Below, in pieces: positions 8,147-17,291 of a stretch of DNA of 32,000 nucleotides. The translations under genes and the position numbers were made by a program. The stretch's first letter is position 1. Every line of letters begins with the position of its first letter. Below the pieces are notes generated by a model. The model was not told the origin of the DNA. It made no database searches and saw nothing but the letters and a program-made list of their open reading frames with translations. Source of the DNA: Prochlorococcus marinus subsp. pastoris str. CCMP1986 (GTDB lineage Bacteria > Cyanobacteriota > Cyanobacteriia > PCC-6307 > Cyanobiaceae); contig NC_005072.1 in NCBI RefSeq assembly GCF_000011465.1, positions 1,110,001 to 1,142,000 of the forward strand, read 5' to 3'.

Positions 8147-8242
8147 CGAATTAAAATTTTTAAAAATTTAGAGCGGCACCAATGAACATAATAACAAAGT
8201 TGTAAGAAAAGAAATATTTTTGACAATGGTACAAATGAGATT

Positions 8243-8632
8243 TTAAATACAGAAAAAATCTAATGGCAATGGCCCAAAAGTATTAGATTCTTCTGCATCT
8301 TCATCAAATTGGCAAGTTATTAAAATTCCTTCTCCCAGACCATTTTCAGATCTAACAAAAACATTACCAGTTTTTTGGTTACCTTTTAAAAAAACACTTC
8401 CATCAGCATGAAGGGAATCTAAATTACCAAATTTTATTGAGGAATATTTATTAGAAATTGATTGCAATGCTTCAATAGCTTTAGTATCAGAAGGTGCCAT
8501 TATCCCTATTGTTATCCAATCGGCATTAAAAATATTAGTTTCTAGTTCTCCTAATAGTTTTTTTACTTGACTGCTGCTTAATTGCGGAGCAGTTCTAAGA
8601 CTGTTTAAATCAACTAATTTATTTATTTCCAT
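8243..8632 (-). CDS. Conserved cyanobacterial protein, DUF1824-like
   Basis: NADWITIGIMAPSDTKAIEALQSI and GEGILITCQ pattern; family recalled, not searched. Confidence 0.65.
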   Translation of the reverse strand: MEINKLVDLNSLRTAPQLSSSQVKKLLGELETNIFNADWITIGIMAPSDTKAIEALQSISNKYSSIKFGNLDSLHADGSVFLKGNQKTGNVFVRSENGLGEGILITCQFDEDAEESNTFGPLPLDFFCI

Positions 8633-8658
8633 TTAATTAATACCTAAAATAATAATTA

Positions 8659-8991
8659 TTAAGCAAAGGTTCTTCCATTCCACCCCCACATCTCAGCAGG
8701 AACGTCTTCAAAACAAATATAAATTTTATCTAAAGGGACTCCAATCTTTTCATAAATAAAATTACATATAGGTTTTGCCATCTCTGAGGGACTTAGGGAA
8801 CCTATTGACTTTATTTCTAAATAGCAGCAAAGGCTTTCATCATCGAAATACATTTCGCAATTATCATCTAATTTAGCCATAACAAATCTTTTTGATTTAT
8901 TTGTCAAAGACGAAACTAATATTGAGATTTCTTCAAGTAATTTTTTCTTGTCCTCAATTTTTGCTGAAGTAGAAACATTAATATAAGGCAT
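8659..8991 (-). CDS. Macrophage migration inhibitory factor (MIF)-like tautomerase superfamily protein
   Basis: MPYINVSTS with catalytic-type Pro1, terminal PAEMWGWNGRTFA; 110 aa typical of MIF fold. Confidence 0.93.
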   Translation of the reverse strand: MPYINVSTSAKIEDKKKLLEEISILVSSLTNKSKRFVMAKLDDNCEMYFDDESLCCYLEIKSIGSLSPSEMAKPICNFIYEKIGVPLDKIYICFEDVPAEMWGWNGRTFA

Positions 8992-8993
8992 AT

Positions 8994-9164
8994 TTATGCA
9001 GCTAAATTATCTTTTTGAAAATCATTTTGCAGATTAAAAGATTTATTTTTTAAAACTTTTTTTGATGAAAGATATGCCATATCGTATTGACTAATTCCGT
9101 TTTTATATGGATTGAAAAGAGCACTTTTAGATCTACTTTTTTTACTCTTTTTAAATAAAATCAT
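8994..9164 (-). CDS. Candidate 56-aa basic micro-protein MILFKKSKKSRSKSALFNPYKNGISQYDMAYLSSKKVLKNKSFNLQNDFQKDNLAA
   Basis: Manual reverse-strand translation; stop lies 2 nt before the MIF-like start codon; below ORF-track length cutoff. Confidence 0.4.
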   Translation of the reverse strand: MILFKKSKKSRSKSALFNPYKNGISQYDMAYLSSKKVLKNKSFNLQNDFQKDNLAA

Positions 9165-9309
9165 TTTAATTAAATTGATATTTAATAATTTAACTTTTTT
9201 TGAATAGATGTCTAGCTTTTTTAAAAATCTTTAATTAACTAAATGCTAAATATATTTTAAATCACAATATGAATATCTATTTACTAAATTTATAGTACCT
9301 CTCAAAATA

Positions 9310-9954
9310 ATGGTCTTGGAAGTTTTAAATAATTATCAAAGAAAAAAACTTGATGAGAGCAATGATGAAGAATTTTATTCTGACCCAAAATTTGTTTATC
9401 ATTTAGATGCAAACTTCAGGCAATATTTATCCAATGTTTATAAAAATGAAATTGCAGATGATTCAACTGTCCTTGATTTAATGTCCAGTTGGGATAGTTA
9501 TTTACCAAAAGAGAAAACATATAAAAAAGTTATTGGGCATGGATTAAACAAACAAGAACTCGAAAAAAACAAAATTTTTGATTCTTATTGGAAACAAAAT
9601 TTCAATTTAAATCAAGAGATTCCTCTAGAAAGTGGAACGGTTGATTATTGTTTAATGGTGGCAGCCTGGCAATATTTACAATATCCAGAAAATTTAACCA
9701 AGGAAATCGCAAGAATTTTGAGTAATCAGGGCAAGATTATGATTGCTTTTTCAAATAGAGCATTTTGGCATAAGGCTCCTAATATATGGACTTCATCTAC
9801 TGAAGAAGAGAGAATCAAATATGTAAGAAAAGTATTAATCACAAACGGATTTAATGAACCAAAAATCATTAAAAAGTTTAATGAAACTTCTCTTAATATT
9901 TTTAATTTTTTAAATAAAGATCCTTTTTATTGTTTAATTGCGACTAAGGAATAA
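9310..9954 (+). CDS. SAM-dependent methyltransferase-like protein
   Basis: DDSTVLDLMSSWDSYLP, VDYCLMVAAWQYLQYPENLTKEIARILSNQGKIMIAFSNR methyltransferase-like layout. Confidence 0.7.
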   Translation: MVLEVLNNYQRKKLDESNDEEFYSDPKFVYHLDANFRQYLSNVYKNEIADDSTVLDLMSSWDSYLPKEKTYKKVIGHGLNKQELEKNKIFDSYWKQNFNLNQEIPLESGTVDYCLMVAAWQYLQYPENLTKEIARILSNQGKIMIAFSNRAFWHKAPNIWTSSTEEERIKYVRKVLITNGFNEPKIIKKFNETSLNIFNFLNKDPFYCLIATKE

Positions 9955-10063
9955 ATTGTTCCTTTACTGCAGTGGAAGACAAAGGTAATGAAAAGCTAAT
10001 AATTAAAAATCCATAGCCATACTTTTGAATTGTTACTAATATTGGGTAGTTTAAAAATTTTCA

Positions 10064-10309
10064 ATGGGATCTAAAAGAGAAAAATATCCTGAAAAATGTC
10101 CATGGGATCTAGGTCCTAATCAAGATTTAGCAAAAGAAGAAAATTGGACACTAAGATTAGGGGAGGCAAATGTATGTTTTAGCAAAAACAAATTAGATGC
10201 TAATTACTTTCATGTAATTAGTAATGAAAATGAAGAGCAAATTCTTGCTTTCAGAGCTAGGCTTCTTTATCAGAAATTACTTGATAAAGGATTTAGATTA
10301 GTAGAGTAA
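10064..10309 (+). CDS. Conserved hypothetical protein
   Basis: 81-aa ORF with ATG start; gene-tail-to-tail position with the next CDS. Confidence 0.6.
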   Translation: MGSKREKYPEKCPWDLGPNQDLAKEENWTLRLGEANVCFSKNKLDANYFHVISNENEEQILAFRARLLYQKLLDKGFRLVE

Positions 10310-10320
10310 AAAGTGAGCCA

Positions 10321-10971
10321 CTAGCCCAATAAACTTAGATCCTCAAAAATAAACTCTTGTATATCTTCTTCTTGATTTTTATTTAAGTATTTTATAGATC
10401 TTGAATTAAGTATCCAAATGTCTTGAGAACCAATATTAATAAATCTATCCTCATATTCCAACTTCAAAGAATTAGCTTTAAGAGTATTAGGATCAATTTG
10501 TTGGCTAGTATATTTTTTACTTAGGAATCCATTCCCAGTATCGAAGAATTCTTGAACAAAAATTTCTATGATTATTCCGTGGATTTTTCTATAAACCATA
10601 TTTATACAATTATTTTTGACACGATATTTATCACCCTCACTTTTACCGGAAACCATCATTTCAATTCCACTCTCTGAATCTTTAATTAAATTAAAATTGT
10701 TTTTCGAGTGAATTTCTTTAAATTCTCTTTTTACCCTATGGATAGACACTTCGAATAATTGTGAGGATATACTTTTAACTATTTTTTGATCATCAATATT
10801 GTGGATTTCAGGTTTAAAATCTTTCCCTAAAACAAAACTACCTTTATAGGTATCACTATTCACGGAGAAAATACATTTACCTTTATAACCACTAAATTTA
10901 CTATCCCACGTATATCTTCTTTCATAAGCATTTTTAAAAAGTTCTTTGCAGTTTATTTCTGTTAAATACAT
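10321..10971 (-). CDS. Conserved cyanobacterial protein, possibly DUF3386
   Basis: AYERRYTWDSKFSGYKGKC-like N-terminus and length; family recalled only. Confidence 0.6.
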   Translation of the reverse strand: MYLTEINCKELFKNAYERRYTWDSKFSGYKGKCIFSVNSDTYKGSFVLGKDFKPEIHNIDDQKIVKSISSQLFEVSIHRVKREFKEIHSKNNFNLIKDSESGIEMMVSGKSEGDKYRVKNNCINMVYRKIHGIIIEIFVQEFFDTGNGFLSKKYTSQQIDPNTLKANSLKLEYEDRFINIGSQDIWILNSRSIKYLNKNQEEDIQEFIFEDLSLLG

Positions 10972-11028
10972 TATTTAATAAGTAATAATAATCATATTAC
11001 AAAGAAAAAAACAAATATCTTAAAAGAT

Positions 11029-11553
11029 TTATCCCAATGAAGGAATTTCGCCCTTTAATTGAGAAGCCCATGTTTCTAGACGAGAGTCTGTTAAATCAGA
11101 TTCACTATCTTCATCAAGTGGTAACCCACAAAAGCTTTCACCCATTACACTCTTTGACTCATCAAACGTATAAGAAGATTTGTTAACATAGCCAACCATT
11201 TCAGCACCTGCTTTTTTGAAATAACTATGTAATTCTTCCATTGCATCGCAATAGTTTTCTGTATAGGTAGATGAATCCCCTAAACCAAAAATGGCTACTT
11301 TTTTTCCTGACAAACTAAGTTCCCCAATATCCTCTAATATTGAGTCCCAAGCAGTTCCAGACCTTTCCTCATCTGCTCCAGTATTCCATGTAGGAATACC
11401 ACAAATTATTCCATCAAGGCCTTCGAATTCCGAAAGATCATCAACATCGGAAACATCCTTAGGTGATTCTGCTGAAGAAATAAAGTTGTGAAGACGATCA
11501 GCTACGTCTTCAGTTTTTCCGGTTGTAGTTGCGTAATAAATTCCTACGGTCAT
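11029..11553 (-). CDS. isiB: Flavodoxin
   Basis: IYYATTTGKTEDVA FMN phosphate-binding loop, GIPTWNTGADEERSGTAWD, FGLGDSSTY. Confidence 0.96.
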   Translation of the reverse strand: MTVGIYYATTTGKTEDVADRLHNFISSAESPKDVSDVDDLSEFEGLDGIICGIPTWNTGADEERSGTAWDSILEDIGELSLSGKKVAIFGLGDSSTYTENYCDAMEELHSYFKKAGAEMVGYVNKSSYTFDESKSVMGESFCGLPLDEDSESDLTDSRLETWASQLKGEIPSLG

Positions 11554-11693
11554 AACTTCAAAATGTTTATATTAAAATAATAAAATTAAAATACGATAAA
11601 TTAATTTTTATAAAAACTTTTTCATGTATATTTTTATACAAATTAACGTAAAAAAATCTATCCCTAGCAATTTAACCTGATCAGAATCTAATA

Positions 11694-12428
11694 ATGCTCA
11701 GTAATAATCAAAAAACTAATCTCAATAAGCTGATTGAAGATTTTAATTTTTTAAGTTCAAAAAAATATAAATTAATTGTTTTATTGGGCCTGCTGGGTGA
11801 TTTTGATAGTTTTGAATACGCAATAAATTTGAAAAATTTTATAAACAATACTCAAAATAAAGAAATAGATATTTTTGCAATAGCAATTGGTAACAAAATC
11901 GGTAAAGAAAAATTTTGCAAATTTACAGGATTTCCTAATAAGAATTTAGAAGTAGTTTACGATAATAAAATTCACGAGGACCTTAAGGTTTCAAACGGTA
12001 TTGATATTGGACTGGGAGGTTGGATCAATATGTTACTGATGTTATCAGGAATAAACTCGTTAAAAACGATTAAAGAGGTTATCAGAGGTTATACAGGTGA
12101 TAGGAAATCAAAACAAATTTTCTCTGACGAGGATCAAATAAATTTCTTTAATTTGATAAAATTTTCTGGAATATTCTTCAAATATACTTGTGGTGATGGT
12201 TATTTAAGGCCTTTTGAATTGGCTACTTACAGATTAACTAACATGTTGGAAATTCTTCAAAACTGGAATGACTATATTCTTGATAATAAATATCTTCCTC
12301 AAAGGGGTGCTTCCTTTCTTTTAGATGATAAAGACCAAATTATTTACAACTATTTTTCAAATGATGTGCTTGGGTATTCTTCTAAAATGGAAGATCCCTT
12401 AGCTTTTTTATCTGAGAAATGTAGATAA
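11694..12428 (+). CDS. AhpC/TSA-like thioredoxin-fold protein
   Basis: VLLGLLGDFDSFEYAINLKNF...IDIFAIAIGNKIGKEKFCKFTGFP; C-terminal ...LPQRGASFLLDDKDQIIYNY. Confidence 0.65.
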   Translation: MLSNNQKTNLNKLIEDFNFLSSKKYKLIVLLGLLGDFDSFEYAINLKNFINNTQNKEIDIFAIAIGNKIGKEKFCKFTGFPNKNLEVVYDNKIHEDLKVSNGIDIGLGGWINMLLMLSGINSLKTIKEVIRGYTGDRKSKQIFSDEDQINFFNLIKFSGIFFKYTCGDGYLRPFELATYRLTNMLEILQNWNDYILDNKYLPQRGASFLLDDKDQIIYNYFSNDVLGYSSKMEDPLAFLSEKCR

Positions 12429-12700
12429 TGAATTCTTTAAATATTGAGTTTTTCGGATACTTTGCAGCAATCTTAACCACAGTTGCTTTTCTCCCACAGT
12501 TAATTAAAACTTTAAAGACTAAAAAAGCTGAAGACGTCTCTTTGGTTACCTTAATAATGTTTATATGCGGAGTAGGGTCTTGGATTATTTATGGATACAA
12601 AATATCTTCATTACCAATTTTAATGGCGAACATTATCACTTTAATACTTAATTTATTTATTTTAATTTCAAAAATATATTATTCCCGAAATATTAGATAG
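12428..12700 (+). CDS. SemiSWEET-family (PQ-loop/MtN3-like) small membrane transporter
   Basis: 90 aa, GYFAAILTTVAFLPQLIKTLKTKKAEDVSLVTLIMFICGVGSWIIYGY, PQ-loop triple helix bundle pattern. Confidence 0.9.
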   Translation: MNSLNIEFFGYFAAILTTVAFLPQLIKTLKTKKAEDVSLVTLIMFICGVGSWIIYGYKISSLPILMANIITLILNLFILISKIYYSRNIR

Positions 12701-12795
12701 TGATAATTAATTAATCTAAAAGTATTAATTTGCCCTAAAACTGCCCGTAAAACATTTAAATAAAGCCTAATATAAATCAAATAACAAATTAAGTC

Positions 12796-13020
12796 TTGAA
12801 ATCTTCTAAATGCTGGGTTTGGTTTAAAGGAAGCCTTAATGAAGGGGGATATTGGAAAGAGGGTTTTAGTTGCACCTTTGATGAAAAACCTGGAATATTA
12901 ATAGAAAGCCCATCATACGTAACATGTAGAGTCCCAAATTGGCGTGTCCTTACAAAAGAGCCTGAAGATTTAAAAAAGACACCCTTGATTCCAGAAAATG
13001 CAATTTGGAAAATAATTTAA
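12796..13020 (+). CDS. Conserved small cyanobacterial hypothetical protein
   Basis: KCWVWFKGSLNEGGYWKEGFSCTFDEKPGILIESPSYVTCRVPNWRV; TTG start. Confidence 0.6.
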   Translation: MKSSKCWVWFKGSLNEGGYWKEGFSCTFDEKPGILIESPSYVTCRVPNWRVLTKEPEDLKKTPLIPENAIWKII

Positions 13021-13128
13021 ATTAAATAAAAAATATATATTCATCACATAACTCCTAAAAAGGTAGGATTATTTTATTAAAAATAAATTAATACTATTTA
13101 CAATCTTTTTATAAATATTATTCCTTTC

Positions 13129-14007
13129 TTGATTTTAGGTTTTTTTATTGGAAAAAGAAAACCTAAACTATCAGCACTTATCGCTTTACCCCTAATTAAG
13201 TATGGTATTCCGTTGAGTGTAATGGGCCTCTTATTAAAAGAAGGAATTGATCTAGATTTAATTAAAACTGCTTTAATTGCTTTTCTATCAATTGGATTTT
13301 TAATAATTCTAATTAATTACTTATCAATATTTAAAACAAGACTACCTAATTACTCTTTACAATTAGCTGGTTTAATAGGTAACACTTCATTTCTAGGGAT
13401 CCCAATTGCATTAGCCCTCCTTCCCACAAGTACTATTAATTTTACGATAGGATTTGATTTAGGAACAACTCTATTTGCTTGGATATTTGGGCCTTTCTTT
13501 CTAAAAAAGAGGATAAACACTAATACAAATCTTAATTTCAATGAACTTTTAAAAGCAATACTAAATAGCCCTGCCTCAAGAGGAATAGTAGGTGTTCTGA
13601 TTGTATATCTTTTAGGATTGGAAAAATTTTTAGGAGATTATTTGTGGATCCCAGCAAGAATAGTAATAGTACTAGCGATAGTTGTTGTTGGAACAAGACT
13701 AGGAATAATCACAAATAGCAAAACTAAATTTTTTAATTTGAATAAAGGGATTAAATATTCAATAATTTTAAAATTATTAATTTTCCCTCTATTTATATTT
13801 GTTTTTAGCAAGATCTTGGGCTTTAACTTAAACGAGACTTCAGCAGTGGTTCTTCAGGCAGGAACACCATCAGCTGTATCAACAATCTTGTTGGCTGAAG
13901 CTTATAAAACAAATCAAAAGATTGCAGCTACAATTCTTTTTACAACAACATTAATTTCAATTATTACGATTCCTGTTCTGGCAAATTTGATAAAAACTTT
14001 TCAATAA
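13129..14007 (+). CDS. AEC-family (auxin efflux carrier-like) permease; N-terminus uncertain
   Basis: Multi-TM protein, GNTSFLGIPIALALL and ETSAVVLQAGTPSAVSTILLAEAY motifs. Confidence 0.8.
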   Translation: MILGFFIGKRKPKLSALIALPLIKYGIPLSVMGLLLKEGIDLDLIKTALIAFLSIGFLIILINYLSIFKTRLPNYSLQLAGLIGNTSFLGIPIALALLPTSTINFTIGFDLGTTLFAWIFGPFFLKKRINTNTNLNFNELLKAILNSPASRGIVGVLIVYLLGLEKFLGDYLWIPARIVIVLAIVVVGTRLGIITNSKTKFFNLNKGIKYSIILKLLIFPLFIFVFSKILGFNLNETSAVVLQAGTPSAVSTILLAEAYKTNQKIAATILFTTTLISIITIPVLANLIKTFQ

Positions 14008-14117
14008 CCTCAGAAATAACCCTTTAAATAAGTAGATATATTCATTCAATCAACATATTTGCTGATTATTGTAAATAATATATCCGGATATTTACATAAT
14101 GTCTTAAGATTTATAGT

Positions 14118-14369
14118 ATGAAGTCAGTAAATCCTAAAAATGAATATATCCCTCTAGATCTTAAAATCTCTGTAAGAAGAGATACTTTACGACTCATTTC
14201 AGAAATGGCTCGTGATATGGGGATTAGTATCAATGAGGTTTTCAGTTTTTTGGCGGAGGATTCTGTCATAGATTTAGAATTATTAGATAATTTAAATAAT
14301 GTCGAAATTCCAAATAAATGTAGTTTGGATGACCTAAAGAATGAAATGCTTAAAAAAAAGCTTTGTTAA
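14118..14369 (+). CDS. Small protein, possible ribbon-helix-helix/CopG-like
   Basis: DLKISVRRDTLRLISEMARDMGISINEVFSFLAED resembles the strand-helix-helix pattern. Confidence 0.45.
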   Translation: MKSVNPKNEYIPLDLKISVRRDTLRLISEMARDMGISINEVFSFLAEDSVIDLELLDNLNNVEIPNKCSLDDLKNEMLKKKLC

Positions 14370-16171
14370 AATTTTTCCACTTTTTTATTTCTCCAGTTAG
14401 CTTCAAAACCGTTACTCAGTAAATTAGTTGCTTGAGCATTTAAATCACTTTTTTTGATCCTCCATAGATTATAAATTCCATGAACACCTAGTTTTTGATG
14501 ACTAATATTTGACCAATGTTTCTCAATAGATGAATATTTATCTATGACAACCAAAAAGGATTCATTATCGTAATTAGGTTTGTCTTGAAAATTAATCCTT
14601 CTATCAAAGGTCAATCTCTCGGATAAATTAATTACCCCTTCTGCATCTCTAGATTCATAAAAAACTATCTGTTTTGAGTAGAAATGTAATGATGGTTTTC
14701 TTATTCCAATCATTGCAAGAGTTTCACCACCCTGTCGAGTATTTAAAATTTGCTTAGAGATATTTCGTAAAGGTAATTGTCTAGATGTATCTCCTAATTT
14801 CCTTATTGGTGGCATCAAAACAGTTTGTCCAAGCAATAGTAATAATTGTAGATAAAGAAAAATATTATGAGATCTAAAAACAAATAAAACAATTCCCACG
14901 AAAGCAAAAGCAAAGAAAAACAATTTTGCTTTAAAAATTATTCCGGTACTCAATAAGTTTGATGCAAGATTTGGCATTTCAGGATCATTTATCGTGTTCA
15001 ACCAAATATTTGATAAAAAGAACGCTATTGATAACCCAAACAGAATAAAAAGATTAATAATCCACAAAGAAGAAAAGGTTTTTTTTTGATTTCTAAGCTT
15101 CAAATAACTATAACTTGTCAGAATTGCTACAGCTGGCATGGCAGGAAGCCAGTAGCTCGGCAGCTTTGTTGCAGAAATACTAAAAAAAATAAAAACAGAA
15201 CCAAGCCAACATAAACAATAAATAAATAAACTTTCTGAAGGGGTGTAATCTTTTTTAAAACTAGTTTTTAAATCTTTAAAAGCCTCAAATATTCCGTGAA
15301 ATAAAAAAGGTGTAAATGGTAATGATCCTATAATCATTACGTATAAAAAGAACCAAATAGGTTCTGCATGATTATTAACTACGGATGTATATCTCTGGAA
15401 ATTATGATACCCAAAAAAACTATCCCAAAAAGGTCTCCCTTCCTTTATTAACTCTAAAACATACCAAGGCAGGCTTAATAAAACTGTAATTAATAAACCT
15501 CTTTTAGGTTTTATTTTGTCAAGTAAATCCCTCCAATCTTTTTGGATGGATAAAAAAGATGCAATAGTCAATGATGCAAGGACAAAGGCTACTGGTCCTT
15601 TGGTTAAAATTGCAAGCCCCAGAAAAAACCATGGAGAGATACAATTTTCCTTTTTATTACTAGCCATTCTTCTCCAAAACAAAAGAAGGCTTATCCCTAA
15701 ATTCCCGCATAAGAGTGCATCACTTACGGCAGTTCTGCTCCATACAATTAATAGTGGAGACAAGGCAAAGCTCAAAGATGCCACTATCGGAGTAGATAAT
15801 TTTCTATCTCCTTTTTGAGGCCAACAGTATATTGTATCTCCAATCATTAGCATTAAAAATAAGGAAGCCAATGCTGAAGGAAGTCTTGCTGAAATTGTTC
15901 CAAGGCTGTCCCACACCTCGTTTTTCGGTAAGGAATAGAACAAGCCCATTAGCCAATAAATAAGAGGTGGTTTATCAAATCGGAAAATACCATTTACTTT
16001 TGGAGTTAACCAATCGCCAGATTCGCTCATTGCCTTCCCTGCGGCAGCAAAAAGGGGAGGAGTTTCATCTACTAATCCTGTAGAGCCTAAACCTAAAAGA
16101 AAAATTATTATTCCAAAAACCAAAACTACTAAAAAAGTTAGTAGCCTTTCTTTAGACTTAAGAAGAATCAT
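14366..16171 (-). CDS. ArnT-like / GT39-type membrane glycosyltransferase
   Basis: LVDETPPLFAAAGKAMSESGDWLTPKVNGIFRFDKPPLIYWL catalytic-loop pattern plus many TM helices. Confidence 0.88.
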   Translation of the reverse strand: MILLKSKERLLTFLVVLVFGIIIFLLGLGSTGLVDETPPLFAAAGKAMSESGDWLTPKVNGIFRFDKPPLIYWLMGLFYSLPKNEVWDSLGTISARLPSALASLFLMLMIGDTIYCWPQKGDRKLSTPIVASLSFALSPLLIVWSRTAVSDALLCGNLGISLLLFWRRMASNKKENCISPWFFLGLAILTKGPVAFVLASLTIASFLSIQKDWRDLLDKIKPKRGLLITVLLSLPWYVLELIKEGRPFWDSFFGYHNFQRYTSVVNNHAEPIWFFLYVMIIGSLPFTPFLFHGIFEAFKDLKTSFKKDYTPSESLFIYCLCWLGSVFIFFSISATKLPSYWLPAMPAVAILTSYSYLKLRNQKKTFSSLWIINLFILFGLSIAFFLSNIWLNTINDPEMPNLASNLLSTGIIFKAKLFFFAFAFVGIVLFVFRSHNIFLYLQLLLLLGQTVLMPPIRKLGDTSRQLPLRNISKQILNTRQGGETLAMIGIRKPSLHFYSKQIVFYESRDAEGVINLSERLTFDRRINFQDKPNYDNESFLVVIDKYSSIEKHWSNISHQKLGVHGIYNLWRIKKSDLNAQATNLLSNGFEANWRNKKVEKF

Positions 16172-17262
16172 TTAATATAAATTTGTGTTTGATATTCTTT
16201 AATAACTTTATTAAGCCAATTCACTACTTTACCAGCAAATATATTTGAAGAAGCATTACTATCTACCCATTCTCTACAATTTTTCCGGTCAATCTTATTA
16301 ATGATTTTCAAGTAATTAAGAAGGCTTTTCTTATCATCAGGTTTTGCTAAGTAACCTGTTTTACCATGCTGGATAATTTCACTTGGCCCTCCCCTTTTGT
16401 ATGCCACAACAGGTACTCCACAGGCTAATGCTTCAACTACTACATTTCCATAAGCTTCGTTCCATTTGGGAGTATTAAGTAAAGCTCTACAAGTTCCAAG
16501 TTCTTTCTGTAACTTATCAGTTTCTACAAAACCCTTCCATTCTATAATCCCTGGAGAAAATAATTTTTCTATTTTTAATGCATATGACTCATCTTGAACA
16601 ATTCCCCAAACCTTAAGTTTTTCGCCAAGAGCATTAGCCACATACACTGCATCCTCTAAACCTTTTTCAGGGGCTACTCTTCCTACCCAACCAAGAGGAC
16701 CATTTTTACAATCTTGAAATATATAATTACTTAAATTAAATCCATTCCCAATAACAATTGGATTTTCAATAAAAGGATAATCAGATGCTTGTATCTTTGA
16801 ATGAAAAGCAAAGTTATTAGGAAATTTGGAATAAACTTTTGAAATTAAATTTCTTATAACAAAACTTTCGGAACCCATACTAATAATATGAGCAATTGGA
16901 ATGTTTAAATTTAGAGTCATCCAAATTGGTAGCCAATCGTAAGATAAATTCAAAATAATATCTGCTTTCTTTCCAATATCTATTGCCTTTTCAATCATTC
17001 CTGATAAAAGTGAATTATCAGGAATACTTACTGACGAATAATAATCTTGATGTTGCCAACTTTTTTGCTCTTTTCCTTCTACAAAATGTAATTTTGCTTT
17101 TTTACTAACTTCAAACAATTTAGAGTTATTTGGGGCCACTACGTCAACTGTATGACCTTTTACAATCAAGCCAGCAACTAAAGAGTTTAGAGTAAGCTCA
17201 ACTCCACCGCCTTTACCACTTCCTAAAAAACCAATAGGGGTACTAATTAAAACTATATGCAT
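16168..17262 (-). CDS. GT4 glycosyltransferase resembling UDP-glucose:tetrahydrobiopterin glucosyltransferase
   Basis: LISTPIGFLGSGKGGGVELTLNSLV, GWVGRVAPEKGLEDA, TPKWNEAYGNVVVEALACGVPVVAYKRGGPSEII. Confidence 0.75.
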   Translation of the reverse strand: MHIVLISTPIGFLGSGKGGGVELTLNSLVAGLIVKGHTVDVVAPNNSKLFEVSKKAKLHFVEGKEQKSWQHQDYYSSVSIPDNSLLSGMIEKAIDIGKKADIILNLSYDWLPIWMTLNLNIPIAHIISMGSESFVIRNLISKVYSKFPNNFAFHSKIQASDYPFIENPIVIGNGFNLSNYIFQDCKNGPLGWVGRVAPEKGLEDAVYVANALGEKLKVWGIVQDESYALKIEKLFSPGIIEWKGFVETDKLQKELGTCRALLNTPKWNEAYGNVVVEALACGVPVVAYKRGGPSEIIQHGKTGYLAKPDDKKSLLNYLKIINKIDRKNCREWVDSNASSNIFAGKVVNWLNKVIKEYQTQIYIK

Positions 17263-17291
17263 TCTTTAAAAACTATTTTCCTATTGACTTA

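Noticed and set aside
8155-8178. AAATTTTTAAAAATTT palindrome upstream of glyQ
   Set aside because: Only A/T bases in a very AT-rich intergenic region; expected by chance.
11291-11491. Forward ORF inside flavodoxin
   Set aside because: Shadow ORF antisense to isiB.
12693-12719. TTAGAT...ATCTAA inverted repeat after the SemiSWEET gene as a terminator
   Set aside because: Stem of only 6 bp, AT-rich, long loop and no convincing T-run.
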